A stretch of DNA of 64,000 nt from a virus, in IMG/VR virus record IMGVR_UViG_3300034062_004313, positions 91,875 through 155,874 of that record, one strand, 5' to 3'. How positions within the stretch are numbered: the stretch's first letter is position 1; every line of letters begins with the position of its first letter. The notes under the pieces are model-generated. The model had not been told where the DNA came from and searched no databases. It saw only the letters and a list, made by a program, of their open reading frames with translations. Positions 10,354-16,789 of the stretch are shown one piece after another. A program made the translations under genes and the position numbers.

Positions 10354-11593
10354 AGATAATCCAAACTGCATACACACTCCTGCATCATGTGTAGAGTGGA
10401 CATATGGTTCTATTCCTTACTTAGGAATATGCAATGGAGATATGTTACCTAAAATAATTTGGGAGATTGTAAATAAATTACAAGAAATTGCTGGAGCAGA
10501 TTTATCTTCATTCGATATAGATACACTTTTAGATATTTGTAACCAAAAAGCTCCATTAGAAAAGAATCTAACGTCTATATTAGAATTACTAAAAAATAAT
10601 CAAGTTTGTTTAAAGAATTATATAGATACTTTAAATGAAACTCTTCAAGAATTATCGCAAGCTCAATCTATTAATGTAAATTTAAAATGTTTAGCTGATT
10701 TTGATAACTTTGGTAACCAATTAAGTGTAACAAGAGAAACTTTAGACCAATTAGTAATTGATAAACTTTGTAATCATGAAACAAGGATTACAACAGTGGA
10801 AGGAAAGGTTACTTCTTTACAGAGTCAGATTAATGATATATCAGTTAATCCTATTGTTTCAGAACCTGAATTTGCTACATGTGTAGATGCTACTGTAAAA
10901 CCTACATCTGGACAAGTTGTATCTATTGCTACAGAAGTTTGTGACATAAGAACAAAACTTGGTCCAAATACAACAACTTCTAATCTAACTACTGGAAGTT
11001 TTGGAAATAAAGGAAGTTATTGGAATACTTCATTGTTAAATGCTGCATTTGGAGCAACTTCTGGATGGATACCATCTCCTTTGAATGAAGTGGAGTATCA
11101 AAGAAACATGTATATAATTCTTGCTAACTTTCAAACAAGGATTAATGAAATAGAAACAAATTGTTGTGCTCCTACATGTGATAAGATTATGATTGGATTT
11201 AGTGTAGTGGTAGAAGATGCTGAAACTGGAGATTATGTAGTTAGGTTTAGACCTTCTGATGGAACAAGTCTATTTGGTTTTGTAAGCACAGGTTCTCAAA
11301 TAACATTTACAGGTACTCTTTTAATTGGTGGTATTACGGCTACGGCAGGACCATTCCCTATAGATATAAATGAAACAGATTGGGATGATAATGTTTATAA
11401 TCTTTCTTCTTTCGATTTAAGTAAACCTATAACTGTTAATCTTACACCTATTATGATTAAGAATGGTTTAACATGTCAAAAATGTATTTCTCAAGTAATT
11501 AGTTTAAATATGGGTTGTGCAGTATGTGAATTAACAGCAAGTGGTGATAAAGGTGATGCTGGAACAATAACAATAACTTATCAATACGAATAA
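10334..11593 (+). CDS. Cys-rich virion fibre or hub protein
   Basis: CxxTxxxCVxW N-terminus, coiled coils, many Cys. Confidence 0.5.
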   Translation: MIPVQLEDNPNCIHTPASCVEWTYGSIPYLGICNGDMLPKIIWEIVNKLQEIAGADLSSFDIDTLLDICNQKAPLEKNLTSILELLKNNQVCLKNYIDTLNETLQELSQAQSINVNLKCLADFDNFGNQLSVTRETLDQLVIDKLCNHETRITTVEGKVTSLQSQINDISVNPIVSEPEFATCVDATVKPTSGQVVSIATEVCDIRTKLGPNTTTSNLTTGSFGNKGSYWNTSLLNAAFGATSGWIPSPLNEVEYQRNMYIILANFQTRINEIETNCCAPTCDKIMIGFSVVVEDAETGDYVVRFRPSDGTSLFGFVSTGSQITFTGTLLIGGITATAGPFPIDINETDWDDNVYNLSSFDLSKPITVNLTPIMIKNGLTCQKCISQVISLNMGCAVCELTASGDKGDAGTITITYQYE

Positions 11594-11594
11594 T

Positions 11595-12095
11595 ATGCCA
11601 ATAGCAACAATAACACTTAATGCAGGTGAAACATTTTGGGTTCCAAAAACAGCAACATTACTTTCTGTAGATGCTACAGATGGACTTGTTTTACAAGGAA
11701 GTGATTGCATTAGCACTACTGTTCCTGCAAGGATATGTATGACTTTCACATGGATAACTGATGAAGATGATAATACTGAACATCCTTGGGATAATGGTAC
11801 TTTACTGAAAAGTATTAATAATGGAACTACTACATATCTATTTACTGCTGCAACATCTGCTAAGTCTGGAACATTAGGAAGTCTACAAACAGCATTCCCA
11901 TATCAATCTTTAATAGAGTTTGTAGATTATGATGAACAAGCTCACGAAACTAAAAGAATTGGACATGTATTAAAAGTGAGTGTTCCAGCATCTTTCATAG
12001 AATTGTATTTAGAATTTACAGTTCCTCATACAAGTAGTACAACAACATCATTATTTGCAAAAGGAGTTATAGTAGATTGTGAACCAATCGTTTAA
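11595..12095 (+). CDS. Hypothetical structural protein
   Basis: Beta/Thr-rich, tightly coupled to neighbours. Confidence 0.5.
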   Translation: MPIATITLNAGETFWVPKTATLLSVDATDGLVLQGSDCISTTVPARICMTFTWITDEDDNTEHPWDNGTLLKSINNGTTTYLFTAATSAKSGTLGSLQTAFPYQSLIEFVDYDEQAHETKRIGHVLKVSVPASFIELYLEFTVPHTSSTTTSLFAKGVIVDCEPIV

Positions 12096-12113
12096 AAATT
12101 AAAATAAAAAATT

Positions 12114-13259
12114 ATGGCTTGTAGTCCTTATAATCCTTGTCACACACCAACTTGTGACACATGTAATACAGTAAATCCTTGTTATGACAATTGTGGTTGT
12201 TTAAATCCAACTACATTTGATTGTATAACAAATTTCAAAAAAGCATATAACAATATCCCTTTAGAAATAAATGCTACAGGGCAAGATATGCTTGATAATC
12301 TTGATGAAACAGTAGCTGAAATAGAAAGTAATCTATATAAAGTAAAGGTGGATGATAGTGATACTTGTCCTGATACACTCTTAGATAAGATTACAGCAGG
12401 TAGCAATATTACAGTATCTGTAGCAGGAAGTGGATGTAATAGAAAACTTACTATAACAGCAGGGAATGGTATAACAACTGCTCCTGATATATATGCTAAA
12501 GTTTCATCTAATGACACTACATCTGATTATCTTGGTAATAAATTTGTAGATGGTACATATGTTAAGAAATCTGTAAATAGTCCCGGTGGAAATGAAACAA
12601 TTGATTTTGACATTACAATAGCTGATTTAATCTCTACTGATAGTGGAAACCAATTAGGACAAGGAGTAGATGGTAAATTAAAAACTTTGTTCTCTGCACC
12701 TGATGGTTCTGAAACTAAAATTAACCCTGTTGCAAATTCTGGAATTACCCTAACTGGTACAGGTACTAATGGTGACCCTTATCTTATAGGAACTAATGGA
12801 GCATTATTTGCTGTTCAACCATATACAGATGGTGTATGGAGAACATTAACCTTTAACAATGGTAGCAATGCTAATGTGACACTTAATTCTCAATCTGTTA
12901 AATATCGTATGAGATACGATGGTTCTGTAGAGTTTAAAGGAAGCTTAAATTATAGTGTAACATTCAATGTAGCAAGTACTAATAAGATAGCTATAACAGC
13001 AGCTAACATCACTACAGGAGGCTCAACAAACCTTCCTTCAACAGCCTTTGATAGGGTTGCTAATCTAAGACATTATATGACGTTCAGTAGCCCTAATACA
13101 ATAAGTGCTACACCAAAATTAACAGGTTATAATGTAAACATATTAGCTGCTGCTTTAAATAGTCCAGCACCAATTCAAATAGAATTTATGAATGACACTG
13201 CTGAAACTAAAAATATAGTAGTAACAATGGATGGAGCAATATATCATCCTAATATTTAA
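12114..13259 (+). CDS. Fibre-like virion protein
   Basis: Cys-rich N-terminus, repeated KVxxxDTxxDxLxxK units, G/T/N-rich. Confidence 0.55.
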   Translation: MACSPYNPCHTPTCDTCNTVNPCYDNCGCLNPTTFDCITNFKKAYNNIPLEINATGQDMLDNLDETVAEIESNLYKVKVDDSDTCPDTLLDKITAGSNITVSVAGSGCNRKLTITAGNGITTAPDIYAKVSSNDTTSDYLGNKFVDGTYVKKSVNSPGGNETIDFDITIADLISTDSGNQLGQGVDGKLKTLFSAPDGSETKINPVANSGITLTGTGTNGDPYLIGTNGALFAVQPYTDGVWRTLTFNNGSNANVTLNSQSVKYRMRYDGSVEFKGSLNYSVTFNVASTNKIAITAANITTGGSTNLPSTAFDRVANLRHYMTFSSPNTISATPKLTGYNVNILAAALNSPAPIQIEFMNDTAETKNIVVTMDGAIYHPNI

Positions 13260-13309
13260 GAATTTAGAAAGAACGTAGCTTTTTTTGGTTTTTGCTGCAT
13301 ATGTTTTTC

Positions 13310-13338
13310 GGAGCCGTTCTCGGCTCTTTTTTCTTTTT
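13310..13338 (+). terminator. Intrinsic terminator ending the capsid module
   Basis: gagccg-ttct-cggctc followed by tttttt. Confidence 0.85.
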
Positions 13339-13367
13339 ATTAACATTTTAAATTGTAATTTTGTATT

Positions 13368-13622
13368 ATGATAATAACAGATAACATATTCTATTTAGAT
13401 AATGGAGTAGAAAGACAAATAAATGTATTTAACGAAAGTGACCCACACTATAGATGTTTTGAATCAGATGGACAGAAACAAATAATCTTTGGAAGAAGTT
13501 CATTTGTAAAAACTGAAAATGGAGAAGTAGATTTCTTCTCTTTAAGCAAAGAAGAAAAAGATAAATTCTGTAATAACACTAATTTTATAAAAACTTATAA
13601 AAAATATGATATACATAGGTAA
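13368..13622 (+). CDS. Hypothetical protein
   Basis: 84 aa ORF just after a TAatTTTG box. Confidence 0.55.
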   Translation: MIITDNIFYLDNGVERQINVFNESDPHYRCFESDGQKQIIFGRSSFVKTENGEVDFFSLSKEEKDKFCNNTNFIKTYKKYDIHR

Positions 13623-13669
13623 AGAATTAAGATGTTGGAAACACGTTAACAATGAATTAACACAACATA

Positions 13670-13701
13670 TTTGATTATATAAAATTATTACACTATATTA
13701 C
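13670..13701 (+). promoter_or_regulatory. Putative promoter of tRNA operon 1
   Basis: TTTG-N20-TATATTAC. Confidence 0.5.
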
Positions 13702-13710
13702 AATATAATT

Positions 13711-13791
13711 ATGAAATACGTAGTAACACATACAACATGTCCACAGTGGTTTACACCGACAATATCGGGAGGGGCTTTGTATGTATACTAA
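13711..13791 (+). CDS. Attenuator leader peptide 1, MKYVVTHTTCPQWFTPTISGGALYVY
   Basis: 12-codon run containing only T/H/C/P/Q/W/F, matching the downstream tRNAs; overlaps the antiterminator strand. Confidence 0.9.
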   Translation: MKYVVTHTTCPQWFTPTISGGALYVY

Positions 13792-13813
13792 GAAATAGCT
13801 GTGTAGTAACATC

Positions 13814-13845
13814 AACCCTCTGAGAAATCGGAGGGTTTTTTATTT
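13814..13845 (+). terminator. Attenuator terminator 1
   Basis: aaccctctga-gaaa-tcggagggtt followed by tttt, directly before tRNA-Pro. Confidence 0.9.
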
Positions 13846-13939
13846 CTAGTTGTGGACGAGAGGTTTATGTCATTAGTCTTGGAAACTAATATCTGCACAC
13901 AGATGGTGTGGGTCAAGGGTTCGACTCCCTTCAACTAGA
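13846..13939 (+). tRNA. tRNA-Pro(UGG) with long variable arm
   Basis: Acceptor ctagttg/caactag; anticodon arm ttagt-ctTGGaa-actaa; T arm aaggg-ttcgact-ccctt. Confidence 0.85.
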
Positions 13940-13949
13940 CTTTTAATTT

Positions 13950-14022
13950 GCCTTACGAAGCTTTTATGGATGAAGTGTACTCTTGTAAAGTACGGAACTG
14001 GACTCGATTTCCAGCTAAGGCT
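13950..14022 (+). tRNA. tRNA-Thr(UGU)
   Basis: gtact-ctTGTaa-agtac; acceptor gcctta/taaggc. Confidence 0.85.
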
Positions 14023-14028
14023 CAAATT

Positions 14029-14101
14029 GGAGAAGAAGCTAACTTGGTAGAAGCGTTAGACTGAAAATCTAAAGGAGTTGGTCCGAAACCAACCTTCTCC
14101 G
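14029..14101 (+). tRNA. tRNA-Phe(GAA)
   Basis: ggagaag/cttctcc; ttaga-ctGAAaa-tctaa. Confidence 0.9.
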
Positions 14102-14103
14102 CT

Positions 14104-14178
14104 AAATACTTAATGAAACAATAAAGGAACAAAGGGGTCCGGGTAGAAATACGTTAGCGCCCATTGATTTAAGTATTT
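14104..14178 (+). ncRNA. Unidentified structured element inside the tRNA operon
   Basis: 10-bp closing stem aaatacttaa/ttaagtattt; inner caat/attg and gggt/gccc. Confidence 0.4.
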
Positions 14179-14183
14179 TTTAT

Positions 14184-14255
14184 TCCTATGTGGTGTAATG
14201 TAACATCCACGCCTTTGAAGCGTTGAGATTGGTGGTTCAAGTCCATCTATAGGAA
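14184..14255 (+). tRNA. tRNA-Gln(UUG)
   Basis: tcctatg/tatagga; acgc-ctTTGaa-gcgt. Confidence 0.85.
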
Positions 14256-14257
14256 CT

Positions 14258-14332
14258 GTCTAAGTGTTCTGACTGGATTCAGATGAATGACTGTGAATTA
14301 TTCAAAAAGGGTTCGAATCCCACTTAGACCCA
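14258..14332 (+). tRNA. tRNA-His(GUG)
   Basis: gtctaag/cttagac plus CCA; gaatga-ctGTGaa-ttattc; short T stem. Confidence 0.8.
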
Positions 14333-14336
14333 ATAT

Positions 14337-14409
14337 ATAGGTACTCATGGCTGGCGTGATAAACAATCTCCAAAATTGTGATTTGTTGAATCGTTCTCAA
14401 CTACCTATG
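14337..14409 (+). tRNA. tRNA-Trp(CCA)
   Basis: ataggta/tacctat, G73; acaat-ctCCAaa-attgt; divergent T loop. Confidence 0.8.
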
Positions 14410-14465
14410 CTTTATAGGTCTATATACCTATATTTATAGATTATAGGTTTTAAAGGCTATAATTT

Positions 14466-14541
14466 GTCCAGATACCTAATATTGATTTTGGGATAGGTCT
14501 GCAACACCTATTAAATATCGGTTTGATTCCGATTCTGGACT
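14466..14541 (+). tRNA. tRNA-Cys(GCA)
   Basis: gtccaga/tctggac, U73; taggt-ctGCAac-accta. Confidence 0.85.
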
Positions 14542-14555
14542 CTATTAAAAATAAA

Positions 14556-14587
14556 TTTTTTTATTTGAAAAAGATTTCGTATATTTG
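14556..14587 (+). promoter_or_regulatory. Bacteroidota-type promoter of tRNA operon 2
   Basis: -7 box TAtaTTTG at 14580-14587. Confidence 0.7.
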
Positions 14588-14612
14588 CTGTATAAATAAT
14601 AAACATTCAACA

Positions 14613-14693
14613 ATGCAACTTATAAATATGATAGTGGATAACGGTATTGGAGCAAACGAGAAGTTTGGCTTCAGGTATTCTATTGTCGTATAA
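14613..14693 (+). CDS. Attenuator leader peptide 2, MQLINMIVDNGIGANEKFGFRYSIVV
   Basis: 14-codon run containing only I/N/M/V/D/G/A/E/K, matching the downstream tRNAs. Confidence 0.9.
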   Translation: MQLINMIVDNGIGANEKFGFRYSIVV

Positions 14694-14714
14694 TTACTTA
14701 CTAACCCGATAAAG

Positions 14715-14745
14715 AATCCTGAGGCCCATCGCTTCGGGATTTTTT
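14715..14745 (+). terminator. Attenuator terminator 2
   Basis: aatcctgaggc-ccatc-gcttcgggatt followed by tttt, before tRNA-Lys. Confidence 0.9.
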
Positions 14746-14749
14746 GTTT

Positions 14750-14824
14750 AATCTCGTAGCAAAATGTGGCTTTGCTTCAGCCTTTTAAGCTGACTAAAAA
14801 TGGGTTCGACTCCCATCGGGATTA
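14750..14824 (+). tRNA. tRNA-Lys(UUU)
   Basis: tcagc-ctTTTaa-gctga; atggg-ttcgact-cccat. Confidence 0.9.
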
Positions 14825-14830
14825 CTAAAT

Positions 14831-14903
14831 GGCTCTTTAGCTCAGTGGTAGAGCTTCGTTTTTACATGACGAGAAAGCACTTGTCCGATTCAAGTAAGAG
14901 CTA
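14831..14903 (+). tRNA. tRNA-Val(UAC)
   Basis: ggctctt/aagagct; tcgtt-ttTACat-gacga. Confidence 0.85.
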
Positions 14904-14904
14904 C

Positions 14905-15234
14905 ATGAAATATATATTAGGAATACTGTTCTTATTAATTATAGGAACAGCAACAAAAACAGGAATTGCAAGTTATTATCATAACAAGTTTCAAGGAAGG
15001 AAAACTGCTAGTGGTGAATTATATGATAAACATAAATTAACAGCAGCTTCTAATCAATATAAACTTGGTGATAGTGTAAGAGTAACAAATACTAAGAATG
15101 GTAAAAGTGTAAATGTTACAGTAAATGACCGTATGGCTAATAATGGAAGACTAATTGATTTAAGTAGAAGTGCTGCTGATAGTCTTGGTTTTATTAAGGA
15201 TGGTTTAGTTGTAGTTAAAGTTAGTATATTATAA
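14905..15234 (+). CDS. rlpA: RlpA-like DPBB lytic transglycosylase with N-terminal signal/TM segment
   Basis: GIASYY...GRKTASGE.YD...LTAA...VRVTN..NGKSV.V.VNDR...IDLSRSAA motif set; start moved downstream of tRNA-Val. Confidence 0.85.
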   Translation: MKYILGILFLLIIGTATKTGIASYYHNKFQGRKTASGELYDKHKLTAASNQYKLGDSVRVTNTKNGKSVNVTVNDRMANNGRLIDLSRSAADSLGFIKDGLVVVKVSIL

Positions 15235-15239
15235 ATATC

Positions 15240-15313
15240 TGTTTTGTAGCTCAGTGGCCTAGAGCGTGAAGCTGTTAACTTCAGGGTCGTGGGTTCGAAT
15301 CCCATCAGGACAG
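15240..15313 (+). tRNA. tRNA-Asn(GUU)
   Basis: tgaag-ctGTTaa-cttca; G73. Confidence 0.92.
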
Positions 15314-15318
15314 CATAT

Positions 15319-15403
15319 TGTGGGATGGTGTAATTGGTAACACGCAAGGCTCATAACCTTGAGACAGAAAATGCTAGCAAGGGTTCGAATCCCTTTCCCG
15401 CAA
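15319..15403 (+). tRNA. tRNA-Met(CAU), initiator-like body, extended variable loop
   Basis: tgtggga/tcccgca; caagg-ctCATaa-ccttg. Confidence 0.85.
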
Positions 15404-15408
15404 CACAA

Positions 15409-15481
15409 GCAGTATAGGCAGATTGGCTTATGCACCTCACTTCCAATGAGGACATGGTGGGTTCGATTCCTACATGCTGCA
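15409..15481 (+). tRNA. tRNA-Gly(UCC)
   Basis: gcagtat/atgctgc; cctca-ctTCCaa-tgagg. Confidence 0.9.
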
Positions 15482-15528
15482 CAAAAATTATATTATGAAA
15501 AATTCTTTAAAAGAAGGTGAAGAGATAT

Positions 15529-15601
15529 ACTCTCATCTTCTAGTTGGTCAGGATAACACACTTTCAATGTGTTGACACGGGTTCAAGCCCCGTTGGGAGT
15601 G
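15529..15601 (+). tRNA. tRNA-Glu(UUC)
   Basis: actctca/tgggagt; acaca-ctTTCaa-tgtgt. Confidence 0.9.
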
Positions 15602-15611
15602 CTTTAAAAAT

Positions 15612-15685
15612 GGTAGATGGGTCTGCTGGATGAAGATGTCGGTCTGTCGAACCGAAGATGATGGGTTTGAATCCCATATCTACCG
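15612..15685 (+). tRNA. tRNA-Asp(GUC)
   Basis: ggtagat/atctacc, G73; tcggt-ctGTCga-accga. Confidence 0.9.
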
Positions 15686-15690
15686 CATTA

Positions 15691-15765
15691 GGACTTGTAG
15701 CCAAGTTGGTAAAGGCCCTTGACTCATAATCAAGAGATGCAATGGTTCGAGACCATTCAAGTCCA
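15691..15765 (+). tRNA. tRNA(CAU), probably Ile2 (lysidine); elongator Met possible
   Basis: ggacttg/caagtcc; cttga-ctCATaa-tcaag; leader 2 contains two ATA codons. Confidence 0.8.
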
Positions 15766-15770
15766 CATAT

Positions 15771-15842
15771 AGGAATATAGTAGAAGGGTTATCACAATTG
15801 ACTGATACTCAATTAATATAGGTTCGAATCCTATTGTTCCTA
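15771..15842 (+). tRNA. tRNA-Ile(GAU)
   Basis: aggaata/tgttcct; attga-ctGATac-tcaat. Confidence 0.88.
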
Positions 15843-15847
15843 CATTT

Positions 15848-15920
15848 GGGGATAAAGCTCTAGCGGATGAGCATCTGCCTTGCACGTAGAAGGTTACGAT
15901 TTCGAGTGTCGTTATCTCCA
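15848..15920 (+). tRNA. tRNA-Ala(UGC)
   Basis: G3.U70 identity pair; tctgc-ctTGCac-gtaga. Confidence 0.9.
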
Positions 15921-15942
15921 CATAGGGGTTCGGAAAATAATT

Positions 15943-15980
15943 AGCTACATCTCTTTATTAATAAGGGTTGTAGCTTTTTT
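15943..15980 (+). terminator. Terminator ending tRNA operon 2
   Basis: agctaca...tgtagct followed by a U tract. Confidence 0.7.
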
Positions 15981-16056
15981 ATTGTCTCAAATATTGTAAT
16001 AATTTGCGACATAATTTATTTTTTGTCAGGTTATAACCTTTCTTTATCTTTGTTTT

Positions 16057-16224
16057 ATGAATTGGCATATACTACCTGTAAATGATATAGAATATCATGA
16101 AGAATCTACCACTTGTAAGTGTGAACCACAAGTAGAATTTATAGAAGGAGATATGCTAATTATACAAAACTCTTTTGATGGTAGAGAAGGAGTTGAATGG
16201 GTAAATGAAATTTTAAATAAATAA
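16057..16224 (+). CDS. Small acidic protein, 55 aa (MNWHILPVNDIEYHEESTTCKCEP...DGRE), absent from the ORF track
   Basis: Has its own promoter TTTG-N19-TAtcTTTG; His/Cys pattern suggests metal binding. Confidence 0.7.
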   Translation: MNWHILPVNDIEYHEESTTCKCEPQVEFIEGDMLIIQNSFDGREGVEWVNEILNK

Positions 16225-16256
16225 TTTGGAAAATTCAAAATAATTTCGTATATTTG
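16225..16256 (+). promoter_or_regulatory. Consensus Bacteroidota promoter of tRNA operon 3
   Basis: TTTG-N20-TAtaTTTG. Confidence 0.85.
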
Positions 16257-16260
16257 CTTT

Positions 16261-16329
16261 ATGAAAACATTATCACTATATAGTTCCTCAAGTTATCTCT
16301 TATTAAGAGACAGGGATTGTATTGTGTAA
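16261..16329 (+). CDS. Attenuator leader peptide 3, MKTLSLYSSSSYLLLRDRDCIV
   Basis: 12-codon run containing only L/S/Y, matching the downstream tRNAs. Confidence 0.9.
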   Translation: MKTLSLYSSSSYLLLRDRDCIV

Positions 16330-16357
16330 ATAGCTATAAGCTTTTAGCTCCCCTAAC

Positions 16358-16389
16358 AATCCCTTGTCTTTCCAGATGAGGGATTTTTT
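16358..16389 (+). terminator. Attenuator terminator 3
   Basis: aatcccttgtct-ttcc-agatgagggatt followed by tttt. Confidence 0.9.
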
Positions 16390-16392
16390 ATT

Positions 16393-16465
16393 GGCTCTAT
16401 GACGTAATCGGCAACCGTCTTGGCTTTAGACCCCAAGTTTTCCAGTTCGAATCTGGATAGAGCTA
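16393..16465 (+). tRNA. tRNA-Leu(UAG)-like, lacking the long variable arm
   Basis: ggctcta/tagagct; ttggc-ttTAGac-cccaa; tccag-ttcgaat-ctgga. Confidence 0.7.
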
Positions 16466-16520
16466 CAAATTAGCAGCCCTCTATGGATAATTCTATTGAC
16501 GAATAGAATATGGGCAAAAT

Positions 16521-16603
16521 ATTCCTGTGGTGAAATGGTGAGACACGGCAGACTTAAAATCTGCTACGGAGAAACGTTGCTGGTTCGAATCCAGTCAGGA
16601 ATA
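16521..16603 (+). tRNA. tRNA-Leu(UAA)
   Basis: gcaga-ctTAAaa-tctgc; long variable arm. Confidence 0.92.
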
Positions 16604-16606
16604 CTT

Positions 16607-16691
16607 AGCAGAATGTCAGAGTGGTTTATTGTGATAGTCTTGAAAACTATTGGGTGTAAAAGCTCCTTGGGTTCGAATCCCAATTTTGCTG
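16607..16691 (+). tRNA. tRNA-Ser(UGA)
   Basis: atagt-ctTGAaa-actat; G73; long variable arm. Confidence 0.92.
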
Positions 16692-16695
16692 CAAT

Positions 16696-16784
16696 AGAAG
16701 ATTGTGTGAGTGGCTTAAACAACCAGTTTGCTAAACTGGCGAGGGATTAAAACACCTCCATTGGTTCAAATCCAATATCTTCTG
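16696..16784 (+). tRNA. tRNA-Ser(GCU)
   Basis: ccagt-ttGCTaa-actgg; G73; long variable arm. Confidence 0.92.
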
Positions 16785-16789
16785 CATAT

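Noticed and set aside
14412-14463. Two AT-rich hairpins between tRNA-Trp and tRNA-Cys, and a similar one at 16476-16515
   Set aside because: Weak and AT-rich; probably processing spacers
14800-14904. N-terminal extension of the RlpA ORF
   Set aside because: Lies within tRNA-Lys and tRNA-Val; the real start is 14905
13670-16389. T-box riboswitches as the tRNA sensors
   Set aside because: No T-box UGGNACC bulge or stem I; the leaders are short translated ORFs instead
16393-16465. Ochre suppressor reading (ctTTAga loop)
   Set aside because: That register breaks the anticodon stem; the UAG register pairs better, and TAA is the main stop codon in this window
16496-16750. 84-aa ORF in the track
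   Set aside because: Overlaps tRNA-Leu and both tRNA-Ser genes; spurious
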